DNA of 64,000 nt. Origin: Bdellovibrionales bacterium (GTDB lineage: Bacteria > Bdellovibrionota > Bdellovibrionia > Bdellovibrionales > UBA1609). Below are positions 21,541-30,605 of the stretch, piece by piece. A program made the translations under genes and the position numbers. Below the pieces are notes generated by a model that ran no database searches, was not told the DNA's origin, and was given only the letters and a program-made list of their open reading frames with translations. Location: NCBI GenBank assembly GCA_965200875.1, contig OZ241456.1, forward strand, positions 1 to 64,000. The letters run 5' to 3'. Each line of letters starts with the position of its first letter. Positions within the stretch are counted from its first letter, which is position 1.

Positions 21541-24500
21541 ATGGCATCTCAAATACTAACAGAGCAAATTAAAATACTTCAAAGTAGACCTGGGCATGAA
21601 AAGGTCAAGCATATTTTATGTAATATTCTAAAAGAACAACTTGAAGCTAAAGATGATGAAATCACTTTGGAAGAAAGACTCTTATGTAGAGGTCGTATTG
21701 ATGCCCTATGGGGTCGTACCATTTTTGAAGTAAAAAGAGACTTAAGAAGAGAACAACGAGATACAGAACATCAAATTAAACAATACATTCAGTCCAAGGA
21801 AAAAGAAACAAACACAAAATATGTGGGAATCACGACTGATGGAAAAGAATATACCGCCTATTGCCTTCTTTATAATGAATTAAAAGAAATAAATAAATTT
21901 TCTATAAATAAAGACAAACCTTCTGATTTTATACAATGGCTGGAAAGTGTAATTCTTATTAAAGAACAGTTACAGGCAACACCTGAAATTATTTGCAAGG
22001 AGATAGGGCAGGGCAGTCCACTCTGCAAAAACTCACTTCTTCAAATAAATATTTTATGGAATCAGGCAAAAAATAAACCAGACATAAGACTAAAATACAA
22101 TTTATGGAAAAAATCTGTTGATATTGTATACGGAAAAGATGGCTCTGATGAATCTTTATTTATTGAACATACTTATTTGACTATTATATCTAAAGCTATA
22201 GCCCATATTGCTTTTTTTGAAGAATCACCTTTGGGAAATGCACTATTGAATGGAAAAAAATTTGAGGATTCCAATGTTTCTGGAGTCATTGAGGATGATT
22301 TTTTTAGCTGGATAACTTATTGCAATAAAGGGAATGAGCTAGTTCAGAAAATTGCAAGCCATATAAAACGATTTAATTTTTCCACTATTGAAGCAGATAT
22401 TCTAAAAGGCTTGTATGAAGGATTGATACGTCAGGAGCAAAGACATAAAATCGGAGAGTACTATACTCCTGATTGGCTGGCTGAAAGAATCTGTAAAGAA
22501 GTCATAAAAAAACCGCTTGAACAAAGAGTAATTGATCCTGCCTCAGGATCCGGTACTTTTTTGTTTCATGCGATAAGACTACTTATCTCAAAGGCTAAAA
22601 CAGAAAAAATAAATACTAAAGAAACAATTAAACTGGTATCTGAGAAAATAGCCGGAATCGATATTCATCCCGTTGCTGTTATTTTTTCAAGGATCACTTA
22701 TTTATTGGCACTGCTAAGTAAAATAAAAGAAATAGAAACAAACCGACCAGATAAAATTACTATTCCTGTATATTTAGGGGATTCCCTGCAATGGAGCAAA
22801 GATGAAATACTTGGAAAGTATGAATTAAAGATACAAGTTCCTGAAGATAAACAAACAAACGCAAGAAGAAGAGAATTGATTTTTCCACAGTCAATATGTG
22901 AAAAATCTGACAAATTTGATACAATATTGTATAAAATGATTGAGCTGGCCGGGAAATACAAAGAAAAATCCATTTTCTCAGCTTGGATAGAAAACGAGGG
23001 AGTGGATGACAATGAACATAAAAGGCTTTCAGAAACTTATGAAAATTTATTGAAACTTCAACAAGAAAACAGAAATCATATATGGGGTTATGTGGCCCGA
23101 AATCTCACCCGGCCGATATGGCTTTCCTCTGAAAGACAAAAAGCAGATGTGGTAATCGGAAACCCTCCGTGGCTGAGATTTAACGCTATGAACCAAGATA
23201 TGCAACAAAAATTTAAAAGTGAATGTAGATCCACTTTATTATGGGAAACAGGAAACACTACAAAGTTTCAAACCAGCCAAGATATTTCCACCTATTTTTT
23301 TATTATGTCTGCTTACCTATATATGAGAAAAAAAGGAACTTTAGCTTTTGTTATGCCATACGGAGTAATGAATGGAGAGCATCATTTTAATTTTAGAGCC
23401 GGACGATTTGAAATTTCCAGAAGTGAAATAAACCTAAAATTTAAAACCGCTTGGGTTTTTGATTCCAGAGTAAAAAATCTTTTTAAAGTACCTTCCTGTG
23501 TTTTGTTTTCAAAGAGACGAAAACAAAATGAAGAACCATTACCAAAAAATATAATATCCTTTAAAGGAAAATTACCTGTGAAAAATTGCAATTTAGAAGA
23601 AGCGAAAAAACACTTATCATCTCAAAGGGCAATATGGCCTCAAGATGATTTTGAAAATCGTTCTTACTATTTTGATAAATTCAAACAAGGTGCTTCTTTA
23701 GTTCCCAGAAGATTTTGTTTTGTTGAGAAAATACAAAGAGGACGACTTGGAAGTTCAAGCACAACACCTTTAGTGAAAAGTGTTGTTTCAAATTTGGATA
23801 AAGCACCTTGGAAAGATATTAACCCACTGGAATTAAAAATTGAATCTCAGTTTTTAAAACCAGTTTACACAGGAAAGTCCATTGCCCCATTTAGAATACT
23901 TAATCACAACACAGCTATTATTCCTTGGGATAATGAAAAAGGCGTGCTGGATTCCTCAATGGCAGAAAGAAGTGGCTATACAAATTTAAGCAATTATCTC
24001 GAAAAAGTTGAAAAGCTATGGAGCGACAATAGCAATGGAAGTATGATTTTTAAACGAAGAATAAACTACAATGCAACTTTAGAAAATCAATTTCCTATAT
24101 CAAAACTCAAAGTGGTTTATACAGCTTCCGGGACAAATGTAGCATCTGTGTTATTGGAAGATTCTACAGGAATAATTGATACATCTTTGTATTATACAAC
24201 AGTAAATAACAAGAATGAAGGAATATATCTGGAAGGTATTTTAAACAGTGATTTCCTTATAGAAAAAATCAGAAACTTACAAGCTCAAGGACAATGGGGG
24301 GCAAGACACATATCCAGACACTTATTAAAACCACCCATTCCAAAATACAACCCACAAGACCCATTACACCAAGATATTGTAAGCCAAACCCAAGAAATCA
24401 AAATCATTGCTCAAAAAGTAAAATTAGATCTTTCATGTTCTTTTATAAAAACACGTAGGCAAATAAAACAGAAAATAAAAAATACTGGAACAGTTTGGAA

Positions 24501-24561
24501 ACATTTGAATCAGAATGTAGAAACTTTGTTAAACAACCAACCTTTTAAAAAGACTTCTTAA
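21541..24561 (+). CDS. Type IIG/IIL restriction-modification fusion (endonuclease-N6 MTase-TRD)
   Basis: PD-(D/E)xK-like RIDALWGRTIFEVK, then GEYYTPDW, DPASGSGTF and GNPPW; ~1000 aa; ATG at 21541. Confidence 0.85.
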   Translation: MASQILTEQIKILQSRPGHEKVKHILCNILKEQLEAKDDEITLEERLLCRGRIDALWGRTIFEVKRDLRREQRDTEHQIKQYIQSKEKETNTKYVGITTDGKEYTAYCLLYNELKEINKFSINKDKPSDFIQWLESVILIKEQLQATPEIICKEIGQGSPLCKNSLLQINILWNQAKNKPDIRLKYNLWKKSVDIVYGKDGSDESLFIEHTYLTIISKAIAHIAFFEESPLGNALLNGKKFEDSNVSGVIEDDFFSWITYCNKGNELVQKIASHIKRFNFSTIEADILKGLYEGLIRQEQRHKIGEYYTPDWLAERICKEVIKKPLEQRVIDPASGSGTFLFHAIRLLISKAKTEKINTKETIKLVSEKIAGIDIHPVAVIFSRITYLLALLSKIKEIETNRPDKITIPVYLGDSLQWSKDEILGKYELKIQVPEDKQTNARRRELIFPQSICEKSDKFDTILYKMIELAGKYKEKSIFSAWIENEGVDDNEHKRLSETYENLLKLQQENRNHIWGYVARNLTRPIWLSSERQKADVVIGNPPWLRFNAMNQDMQQKFKSECRSTLLWETGNTTKFQTSQDISTYFFIMSAYLYMRKKGTLAFVMPYGVMNGEHHFNFRAGRFEISRSEINLKFKTAWVFDSRVKNLFKVPSCVLFSKRRKQNEEPLPKNIISFKGKLPVKNCNLEEAKKHLSSQRAIWPQDDFENRSYYFDKFKQGASLVPRRFCFVEKIQRGRLGSSSTTPLVKSVVSNLDKAPWKDINPLELKIESQFLKPVYTGKSIAPFRILNHNTAIIPWDNEKGVLDSSMAERSGYTNLSNYLEKVEKLWSDNSNGSMIFKRRINYNATLENQFPISKLKVVYTASGTNVASVLLEDSTGIIDTSLYYTTVNNKNEGIYLEGILNSDFLIEKIRNLQAQGQWGARHISRHLLKPPIPKYNPQDPLHQDIVSQTQEIKIIAQKVKLDLSCSFIKTRRQIKQKIKNTGTVWKHLNQNVETLLNNQPFKKTS

Positions 24562-24617
24562 TCTCCATAAAATGAATAAAAAATAATATTCTATTTTGTG
24601 GCCTGTGAAAAACTTGT

Positions 24618-24649
24618 TAACACACTGTTATCACTTGATTGTTTTATAA
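24618..24649 (+). repeat. 32-bp direct repeat, left copy
   Basis: TAACACACTGTTATCACTTGATTGTTTTATAA, 29/32 identical to 29530-29561. Confidence 0.85.
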
Positions 24650-24793
24650 AAGGTTCGGAAAAAATTGCAAAGTTTTATAACGAAACACTTTGTTTTTTTG
24701 CAAAATAAAGCCAGCTAAAAGCTGAATAAAACCCAAATTTTTGACATTTTATAATTGACTTTTAGACCAAATCTCTGATATAAATAATTCACT

Positions 24794-25021
24794 ATGGCAA
24801 CAGATCTTATTCAACAAGCTCAATACCTAAAAGAAAATGGCTTTACAGCACAGCAAGCCAATACCCTTATTTACTTCCATAAAGATAGTATCGAAAACAC
24901 ATTAGCCACTAAAAAAGATATCGAAATTTTAAAAAAAGATCTTATATTAAAACTGTCAGGTATTATGGGTAGTATGATAACAATTGGAATTATTATACTA
25001 GGACTCCTGATTAAATTTTAA
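24794..25021 (+). CDS. DUF1640-like small coiled-coil/TM protein
   Basis: LKENGFTAQQA...LATKKDI motif and C-terminal TM; paralog of 1612..1857. Confidence 0.75.
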   Translation: MATDLIQQAQYLKENGFTAQQANTLIYFHKDSIENTLATKKDIEILKKDLILKLSGIMGSMITIGIIILGLLIKF

Positions 25022-25074
25022 GCTATTAAAAAAATCGACAATAACATCCCTCTATCGGTTTCGACTGGGAGGTG

Positions 25075-25110
25075 CGAGGCGATCGGAAGGTCGCTTTCGT
25101 TTTTTTTTTT
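25075..25110 (+). terminator. Intrinsic terminator
   Basis: AGGCGATC-GGAA-GGTCGCTT hairpin followed by T11. Confidence 0.75.
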
Positions 25111-25113
25111 GAA

Positions 25114-25236
25114 ATGTCAGAACAAATAAGAAAATGCAATGACAATACAAACACTTTAAAATGGATCGTGGCCGTATTGGCTTTAACTGTCTTTGTTCTC
25201 TTTGGCATTGTCTTAATGCTTTATCTTCAAAAGTGA
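25114..25236 (+). CDS. Putative 40-aa single-TM peptide
   Basis: MSEQIRKCNDNTNTLKWIVAVLALTVFVLFGIVLMLYLQK; below the ORF-track cutoff; no clear SD. Confidence 0.4.
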   Translation: MSEQIRKCNDNTNTLKWIVAVLALTVFVLFGIVLMLYLQK

Positions 25237-25253
25237 AAATAAGTGTAAATCAT

Positions 25254-27422
25254 TTAATCACAGCGAATATTAGTATTATATATGTAACTATTACCTTGCT
25301 GAGAGCATTCAGCTGTTACCTCACAATAAGCTTTACGGCTTCTTATCCAGCGTTTTGGTGTTACTCCTTGAGGACAAAGTCTTCTGTCAAAATATGCCGC
25401 ACAGTTGGCGTCTTGGTTGTTATTGGTGTTTGTATATGTACAACAATACCCGGTGCTAAGTAGATTTTCAGGAGGGCAACAGTGGCCACTGTTACCTAGT
25501 ACTGCCCCAGAAGGGCAGCATCCTCTAAATCCCCTTTGACTGCGTACTCCATATTCTCCATCGGGGCAACATTTATTAACGGACCGTTGATAATGTGTAT
25601 TGATTGGGCAACATTTCCCATTTGAATTGTGCCAACCATTTTGGCAACAAAGTCCTTGTGAATTGTGATAGCCATCTCGGCAACAAATTCCATTTGCATA
25701 GTGCTTGCCTTTCGGGCAACATCTCCCATTTGAATTATGATAGTTATTCGGGCAACAAATCCCATTTGAATTATATCTCCCATGCGAGCAACATTTTCCA
25801 TTTGAATTGTGGTAGCCATTCCGGCAACATTTCCTATTTGAATTGTGATAGCCATTCCGGCAACAAATCCCATTTGATTGATGATGACCATAAGGACATG
25901 GCCCGTCCAAACATGTCCACCCATCAGTAGGAGTATAATGTATCTCACAATAAGCTTTACGATCCCTCATCCACCATTTTGGAGCTATGCCTGGAGGACA
26001 ACGGGAGGCTTGTGGACCTCTAGTATTGTCACTTCTATATGTGCAACAGTATCCATTGCTAAGTAGATTTTCAGGAGGGCAACAGTGGCCACTGCTAGAG
26101 CGTCTTCCACCAAGTGGGCAACACCCTAAACTCCCATGTTGACTGCGTATTGCAGATTCTCCTGTTGGGCAACAAAGTCCTTGTGAATTGTGCCAACCAT
26201 TTTTGCAACATTTTCCATTTGAATTGTGGTAGCCATCTCGGCAACAAAGTCCTTGTGAATTGTGCCAACTCTGCCAGCAACAAATTCCATTTGAATTATA
26301 TCTTCTTGGATCCCACGAGCAACAAATTCCATTTGAATTATAGTCGTTTATATTGCAACAAATCCCATTTGAATTTCGCCAACCACTTTTGCAACAAATT
26401 CCCCTTGAATTATATTTATTAGGGGGGCATTTACATCTTTTAGATATTGGATCAAATCTTAATCCTGTTCGACTTGTATCACATGAAATACAATTCCCAT
26501 CAGCGTTTTTATTATATCCTGCTAGACAAACACATTGATTTTCTATTTTTTCTTGATTAACAGGGCATACTGCTTGGCATTTTCCTTTTATGAATACTGG
26601 TTTATTTCTATCTTTGCATTCACACTGCTTATTTTCAGTATTATAAGTGCTTCCACCTGTGCATAGAATCTGACACTCAACTGTCCCGTCTTCTTGTCTT
26701 ACAGGATATTGTCCAGGTATGTTGCATGCTTTTGTTAGTATTATATTATCAGGGATTATCTCTTCATTATCGTCTTTTAAAAAACCGGACAATGTGTGTA
26801 CATGTTGTGGAGACATATCCAGATTCACTGTTTGAAAAAAAGAGGTGGGGATAGGAGTACAAGAATTTGTACTGGTAAGATACATTGTATTTTGGGGGCA
26901 ATATATAGGTGGTTTTGTAGTATCAAAAACATTACAATTTTCTGTGGTACAACTATTTATATTATAAGTTATATTGCATGTAATGTAATAACATCCTTTT
27001 TTATCACCACTTGCTTTGCATTCCTTGCCTTTCCTTGTCTTTTGTTCTCCTGCTAATAAAGGCTTACTGTAATATACATAAAACTTTCGATGATCTTCTG
27101 TACCTGTAAGAGCCATATCCACAATATGTATATTCCCTTCATTAAAAGGTTTATCCATATTGATTTCAACGCCATTTGATTTTATCTTTGTAACAGGAAG
27201 TTTTGACGGTTGCAGGTTCTCCCAGCAATTTTGTGATAAAATATTTGTTATTGTTTGTGTTAAGACTTTTTCTGAAAAATTTGTACTTTTAACCTTTGCT
27301 ATATTTATTGACTGTGTACTGTGTTTTAAAGAACCTATGGTAATAACAAGGCTACCCAAGGTAAAAGCCAGCGTTCCTATAAGCCCACCTCCTGTAAAAC
27401 CTTTATTACCTTTTATTCTCAT
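25254..27422 (-). CDS. PilX-like minor pilin with large Cys-rich repeat domain (putative pilus-tip adhesin)
   Basis: MRIKGNKG|FTGGGLIGTLAFTLGSLVI prepilin-like N-terminus without Glu5; EGF-like Cys spacing; 22 CC doublets. Confidence 0.7.
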   Translation of the reverse strand: MRIKGNKGFTGGGLIGTLAFTLGSLVITIGSLKHSTQSINIAKVKSTNFSEKVLTQTITNILSQNCWENLQPSKLPVTKIKSNGVEINMDKPFNEGNIHIVDMALTGTEDHRKFYVYYSKPLLAGEQKTRKGKECKASGDKKGCYYITCNITYNINSCTTENCNVFDTTKPPIYCPQNTMYLTSTNSCTPIPTSFFQTVNLDMSPQHVHTLSGFLKDDNEEIIPDNIILTKACNIPGQYPVRQEDGTVECQILCTGGSTYNTENKQCECKDRNKPVFIKGKCQAVCPVNQEKIENQCVCLAGYNKNADGNCISCDTSRTGLRFDPISKRCKCPPNKYNSRGICCKSGWRNSNGICCNINDYNSNGICCSWDPRRYNSNGICCWQSWHNSQGLCCRDGYHNSNGKCCKNGWHNSQGLCCPTGESAIRSQHGSLGCCPLGGRRSSSGHCCPPENLLSNGYCCTYRSDNTRGPQASRCPPGIAPKWWMRDRKAYCEIHYTPTDGWTCLDGPCPYGHHQSNGICCRNGYHNSNRKCCRNGYHNSNGKCCSHGRYNSNGICCPNNYHNSNGRCCPKGKHYANGICCRDGYHNSQGLCCQNGWHNSNGKCCPINTHYQRSVNKCCPDGEYGVRSQRGFRGCCPSGAVLGNSGHCCPPENLLSTGYCCTYTNTNNNQDANCAAYFDRRLCPQGVTPKRWIRSRKAYCEVTAECSQQGNSYIYNTNIRCD
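25430..26430 (-). repeat. Coding 36-bp (12-aa) tandem repeat CCxxGxHNSNGx arranged in two ~600-bp super-repeats
   Basis: Repeated CAACA...CCATTTGAATT units; exact 38-bp duplication at 25454-25491 and 26057-26094. Confidence 0.9.
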
Positions 27423-27430
27423 ACTTGTCC

Positions 27431-28744
27431 TTAATCAATGTCTCCTTCTTCACATGGGTGATTGAAGGTAGATTCACTCACCGGTCTTTCATCTCCTTCT
27501 ATGTGCCACTCACCACCCGGGTGTGTACGCCGAACATTAGCGCATCTTGTTCTATTTAAGTGTCCATACATATACTGATCGGTAGGATCAGTTTGTCCAG
27601 TGTCTGTATACACTTGAGTTTCTGGGAAACCATATTTACATGTACATTCCCCGGCTACAAAACATTTTCCAAATCCACAAAAACACCCTCCATCTGGGTT
27701 TTTCGCCCTTCCATGTTTACATATACATTCTCCATCATTCCGTTGCTCCATCCCAGATATACACTCACATGATCCAGTAACGGGGTTTATTTTCTTATTT
27801 GTTGAACACTTACAATTTCCGTTACTGTCTAGTATTTGACTATCATCAGGACAACTACAAGCTAAATCATTTTGTTTGTATACTTGACCACCATGACAGA
27901 TTTTTTTACATACATTCCTCTTATTTCCGTTAACATCTTCTTCTAACACAATATGTTCTCCTTCTGGACATGCAAAAATTGTACAATCCACCCTTGGCTT
28001 CAGTGTTCCGTCAGCTTTCATACCAAAACCAGTAGCCACCTGCCCTTCAGGACACTTTATATCAAAACATATAGCTTTTGGTGGGTCTCCTGGGTTGTCC
28101 CCTGCTTTTGTTCCTATTAAAATCCCATCATCATCACATCCGTCTATACAATCTTTTTCTTCTCTCCCTGTAGTCCCCACTAAAATTTTACCCGGATCAC
28201 AAGAGACATCTAAAAAATTACCCGCAGTATCAGGAATACTACAGTTTACGGGGTTACATGTTTGGGCGGTTGATATGTTACAGGAAATTCGAAAACATCC
28301 GCTTAAGTTATTTGCTGTACAAGTATTACCTCCTTTTGTTTTTTGCTGTTCTCTCATTCCTTGAGCACTATATTTGTAATATAAATTAAAAATTTTAGTT
28401 TCTGGTGGTGAGGTGGGAGTGTATAAAGTCTTCTCCACCACAGTAATAGTATTGAAGGCATCATCATCAAAAGTAGGTAACACAGCCCTTTGTAATGTAC
28501 CACCATCAGCAGGAGGAGGTAAATTTGTAAGGTCGTTTGTTACTAAATCGGTGCAATAGTTATTGTTATTTAAAATTGTATAGACTTGATTTTTTAGTTT
28601 CAATGTATCTTGATGAGTATTTAAAACTTGTGTGTTTAAAGATACTTGTTGAGAAGTGTTTATAAGACCGAAAACTGCAACACTTCCAACAGTGAGCATA
28701 ATTAAAAGCTCAACAAGACTTCCGCCCTTATTGTTTATTTTCAT
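27431..28744 (-). CDS. Prepilin-type N-terminal cleavage domain protein, Cys-rich (minor pilin)
   Basis: MKINNKG|GSLVELLIMLTVGSVAVFGL with Glu5; ATG 2 nt after the upstream stop; Cys-rich C-terminal half. Confidence 0.8.
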   Translation of the reverse strand: MKINNKGGSLVELLIMLTVGSVAVFGLINTSQQVSLNTQVLNTHQDTLKLKNQVYTILNNNNYCTDLVTNDLTNLPPPADGGTLQRAVLPTFDDDAFNTITVVEKTLYTPTSPPETKIFNLYYKYSAQGMREQQKTKGGNTCTANNLSGCFRISCNISTAQTCNPVNCSIPDTAGNFLDVSCDPGKILVGTTGREEKDCIDGCDDDGILIGTKAGDNPGDPPKAICFDIKCPEGQVATGFGMKADGTLKPRVDCTIFACPEGEHIVLEEDVNGNKRNVCKKICHGGQVYKQNDLACSCPDDSQILDSNGNCKCSTNKKINPVTGSCECISGMEQRNDGECICKHGRAKNPDGGCFCGFGKCFVAGECTCKYGFPETQVYTDTGQTDPTDQYMYGHLNRTRCANVRRTHPGGEWHIEGDERPVSESTFNHPCEEGDID

Positions 28745-28746
28745 AT

Positions 28747-29417
28747 TTATTTCCAACAATCATTATCTTGTTTAAATCCCTCTGTATTCTCTAAATTATG
28801 TAAACCTCCACCCCAGCCTTTACTCGCTTTGCAAGTAGTAGGGCCTAAAACTAAATAAGAAGTTCTATCATCATGACACCATATTTGATATTCCCCAGTT
28901 TTATATGAGACACGGGATAATACCTGAAGTTTTTTTCCTGAAACTTCTTTCTGTATACTTAAACAATGATATTGATGCCTTGAGGCGTTATTATTTTTAG
29001 TAAAAAGAATACAATCTGCTCCAGCAGGGCAGGTAAAATCCAGCTTTTTTTTTAAATCATCTTTTAGAGGTCTTTGTGGTGTGTCTTTTGCCTCGCAAGG
29101 AGTGTCTGGTGTCGCACTCGGATCGGGTAGTCCATTAGAACCCAATAGAGTAATCGCCCACCCACCATTTACGGAAATACAGTTTCTTACAGCATTAGCA
29201 AAAAGGACGCCGTGGAGCTTTAGGTCTTTTTTATTTACAGCAAGTGTATAACCTTTATAGGAGACATAAGCGACACCGCTTATTATAGAAAGAATGCCTA
29301 TTGTTAACAGAATCTCAACAAGCGTATAGCCTGTTGCATTTGAGAATATTCGAATCAGCTTATAACGCAGAGCATGAGGGGGGGGGTAGAGAGGGTTTTT
29401 CTTTGGATTTCTTTCAC
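28747..29417 (-). CDS. Type IV pilin-like protein frameshifted at a poly-C9 tract (putative phase-variable, OFF state)
   Basis: The frame of ORF 28747..29145 extends upstream through NATG|YTLVEILLTIGILSIISGVAY but has no start codon. GTG at 29417 with AAGGA SD is one base out of frame across G9 at 29378-29386. Confidence 0.8.
29378..29386 (-). repeat. Homopolymer C9 (G9 on +) slippage tract in prepilin leader
   Basis: Nine consecutive G. Confidence 0.9.
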
Positions 29418-29529
29418 ATTTACTTCCTTATTAAGATTTATGGTCTTTAAAATTAATCGGCCTTTATCGTAAAACACTTTATTTTTTTAATATTCCAATA
29501 CTCTATACAAGTTGGCACGGAACAAGTGA

Positions 29530-29561
29530 TAACATACTGTGATCACTTGATTTTTTTATAA
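29530..29561 (+). repeat. 32-bp direct repeat, right copy, overlapping palindrome CAAGTGAT-N11-ATCACTTG
   Basis: TAACATACTGTGATCACTTGATTTTTTTATAA; palindrome spans 29523-29549. Confidence 0.85.
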
Positions 29562-29618
29562 TTTTCCGGGGAAATTTGTCAGTGAAAAAAATTTTATCAC
29601 GCCCTCTGGTTTTGTTTT

Positions 29619-30605
29619 TTACTCTGGGGGTTCTTCTTCAGCGGGATTTTCCTCTTCCACCTCTGAAGGAACATTTAAAGCCATGTATTGTTTCCAACTC
29701 AACTCCACAGATACAAAAGATAAACCCGACACCAAACACATGGCCTTTACAGGATTGAGATTTTTAATTTCCAATACACCTTCTTTTTGAGATTCCAATA
29801 TTTCCTTGGCGTCCCATTTAAAACGAGGGTCTTCCAAAATCGACAACACCTCTTGCTCTATTTCCAAAGAATCCAAACCGGAAATCCGTAAATCATAACG
29901 CAAAAAACCTTTTTCTGAGCTAGCCTGTGCATTTCCGTATTTTTCCACATCAGAAAAATCCTGATTGACCTCCTGAGAGCTTGGACTATCCCACTGATCC
30001 TCCTCAGATGGTAACTCCTCTTCTTCTTTTACTGAGGTTTCATTATGTTCCATATCCGGTGGTGCCTGAACAACCCCAGCATCTTCTGAAGAATCCCCTA
30101 AAGACGCCTCTTCTCCCTCTGAATTTGATTCAGCTGACAAAAAGTCTTCCGAGGGGTTATGTTCTTCGGCTTCTTCCTTTGAGGGTAAAAATTCACCAGC
30201 ACCTTCTGAAAAATCCTCTTTCTCCAATTCTTTCTCGCCACCAACCACGGGAGATACTTCCTCACCAACCACGGGAGGAGATACTTCACTTTCCGCTGGA
30301 GGAGATATTTCCTCACCTTCTGCTCCCGAAAAGAGGTCATCTGCTGATTGAGAGTTTTCCAGATTCTCTTCTGCTTGATGAAGCAAGCTTTGTTGCTCTG
30401 CCGGTGAGGTATCGGAGGCAGATTCCGGTTCAGAAGAAAAAAAATTCTCTTTCGATTCGTGTACCACCTTGAGGCTACCTGCCTCCCATTTGAGAACAGA
30501 CCTGCAATAATCACAGGATAACAGGGCATCCATATCACTTAATCCATCCGATGGAACCGGGGGAGGACTAAACTCTTTTTTACAACAAGGGCATACCTGT
30601 TTCAT
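29619..30605 (-). CDS. Hypothetical protein with N-terminal zinc ribbon and acidic disordered linker
   Basis: CPCC...CDYC; Glu/Ser/Pro-rich centre; ATGA overlap with the secA stop. Confidence 0.75.
   Translation of the reverse strand: MKQVCPCCKKEFSPPPVPSDGLSDMDALLSCDYCRSVLKWEAGSLKVVHESKENFFSSEPESASDTSPAEQQSLLHQAEENLENSQSADDLFSGAEGEEISPPAESEVSPPVVGEEVSPVVGGEKELEKEDFSEGAGEFLPSKEEAEEHNPSEDFLSAESNSEGEEASLGDSSEDAGVVQAPPDMEHNETSVKEEEELPSEEDQWDSPSSQEVNQDFSDVEKYGNAQASSEKGFLRYDLRISGLDSLEIEQEVLSILEDPRFKWDAKEILESQKEGVLEIKNLNPVKAMCLVSGLSFVSVELSWKQYMALNVPSEVEEENPAEEEPPE

Noticed and set aside
25045..25110. tmRNA or SRP RNA
   Set aside because: Only GGTTTCGAC and a GGAA loop resemble them. There is no tRNA-like acceptor stem, tag frame or SRP helix-8 consensus.
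25430..26430. CRISPR array or DGR template/variable repeat pair
   Set aside because: The 36-bp period lies in frame within a 722-aa ORF, differences do not appear restricted to adenines, and no reverse transcriptase is present.
29512..29530. Sigma54 promoter for the pilin operon (TGGCACG)
   Set aside because: The -12 TTGC element is missing and the motif is on the strand opposite the pilin genes.
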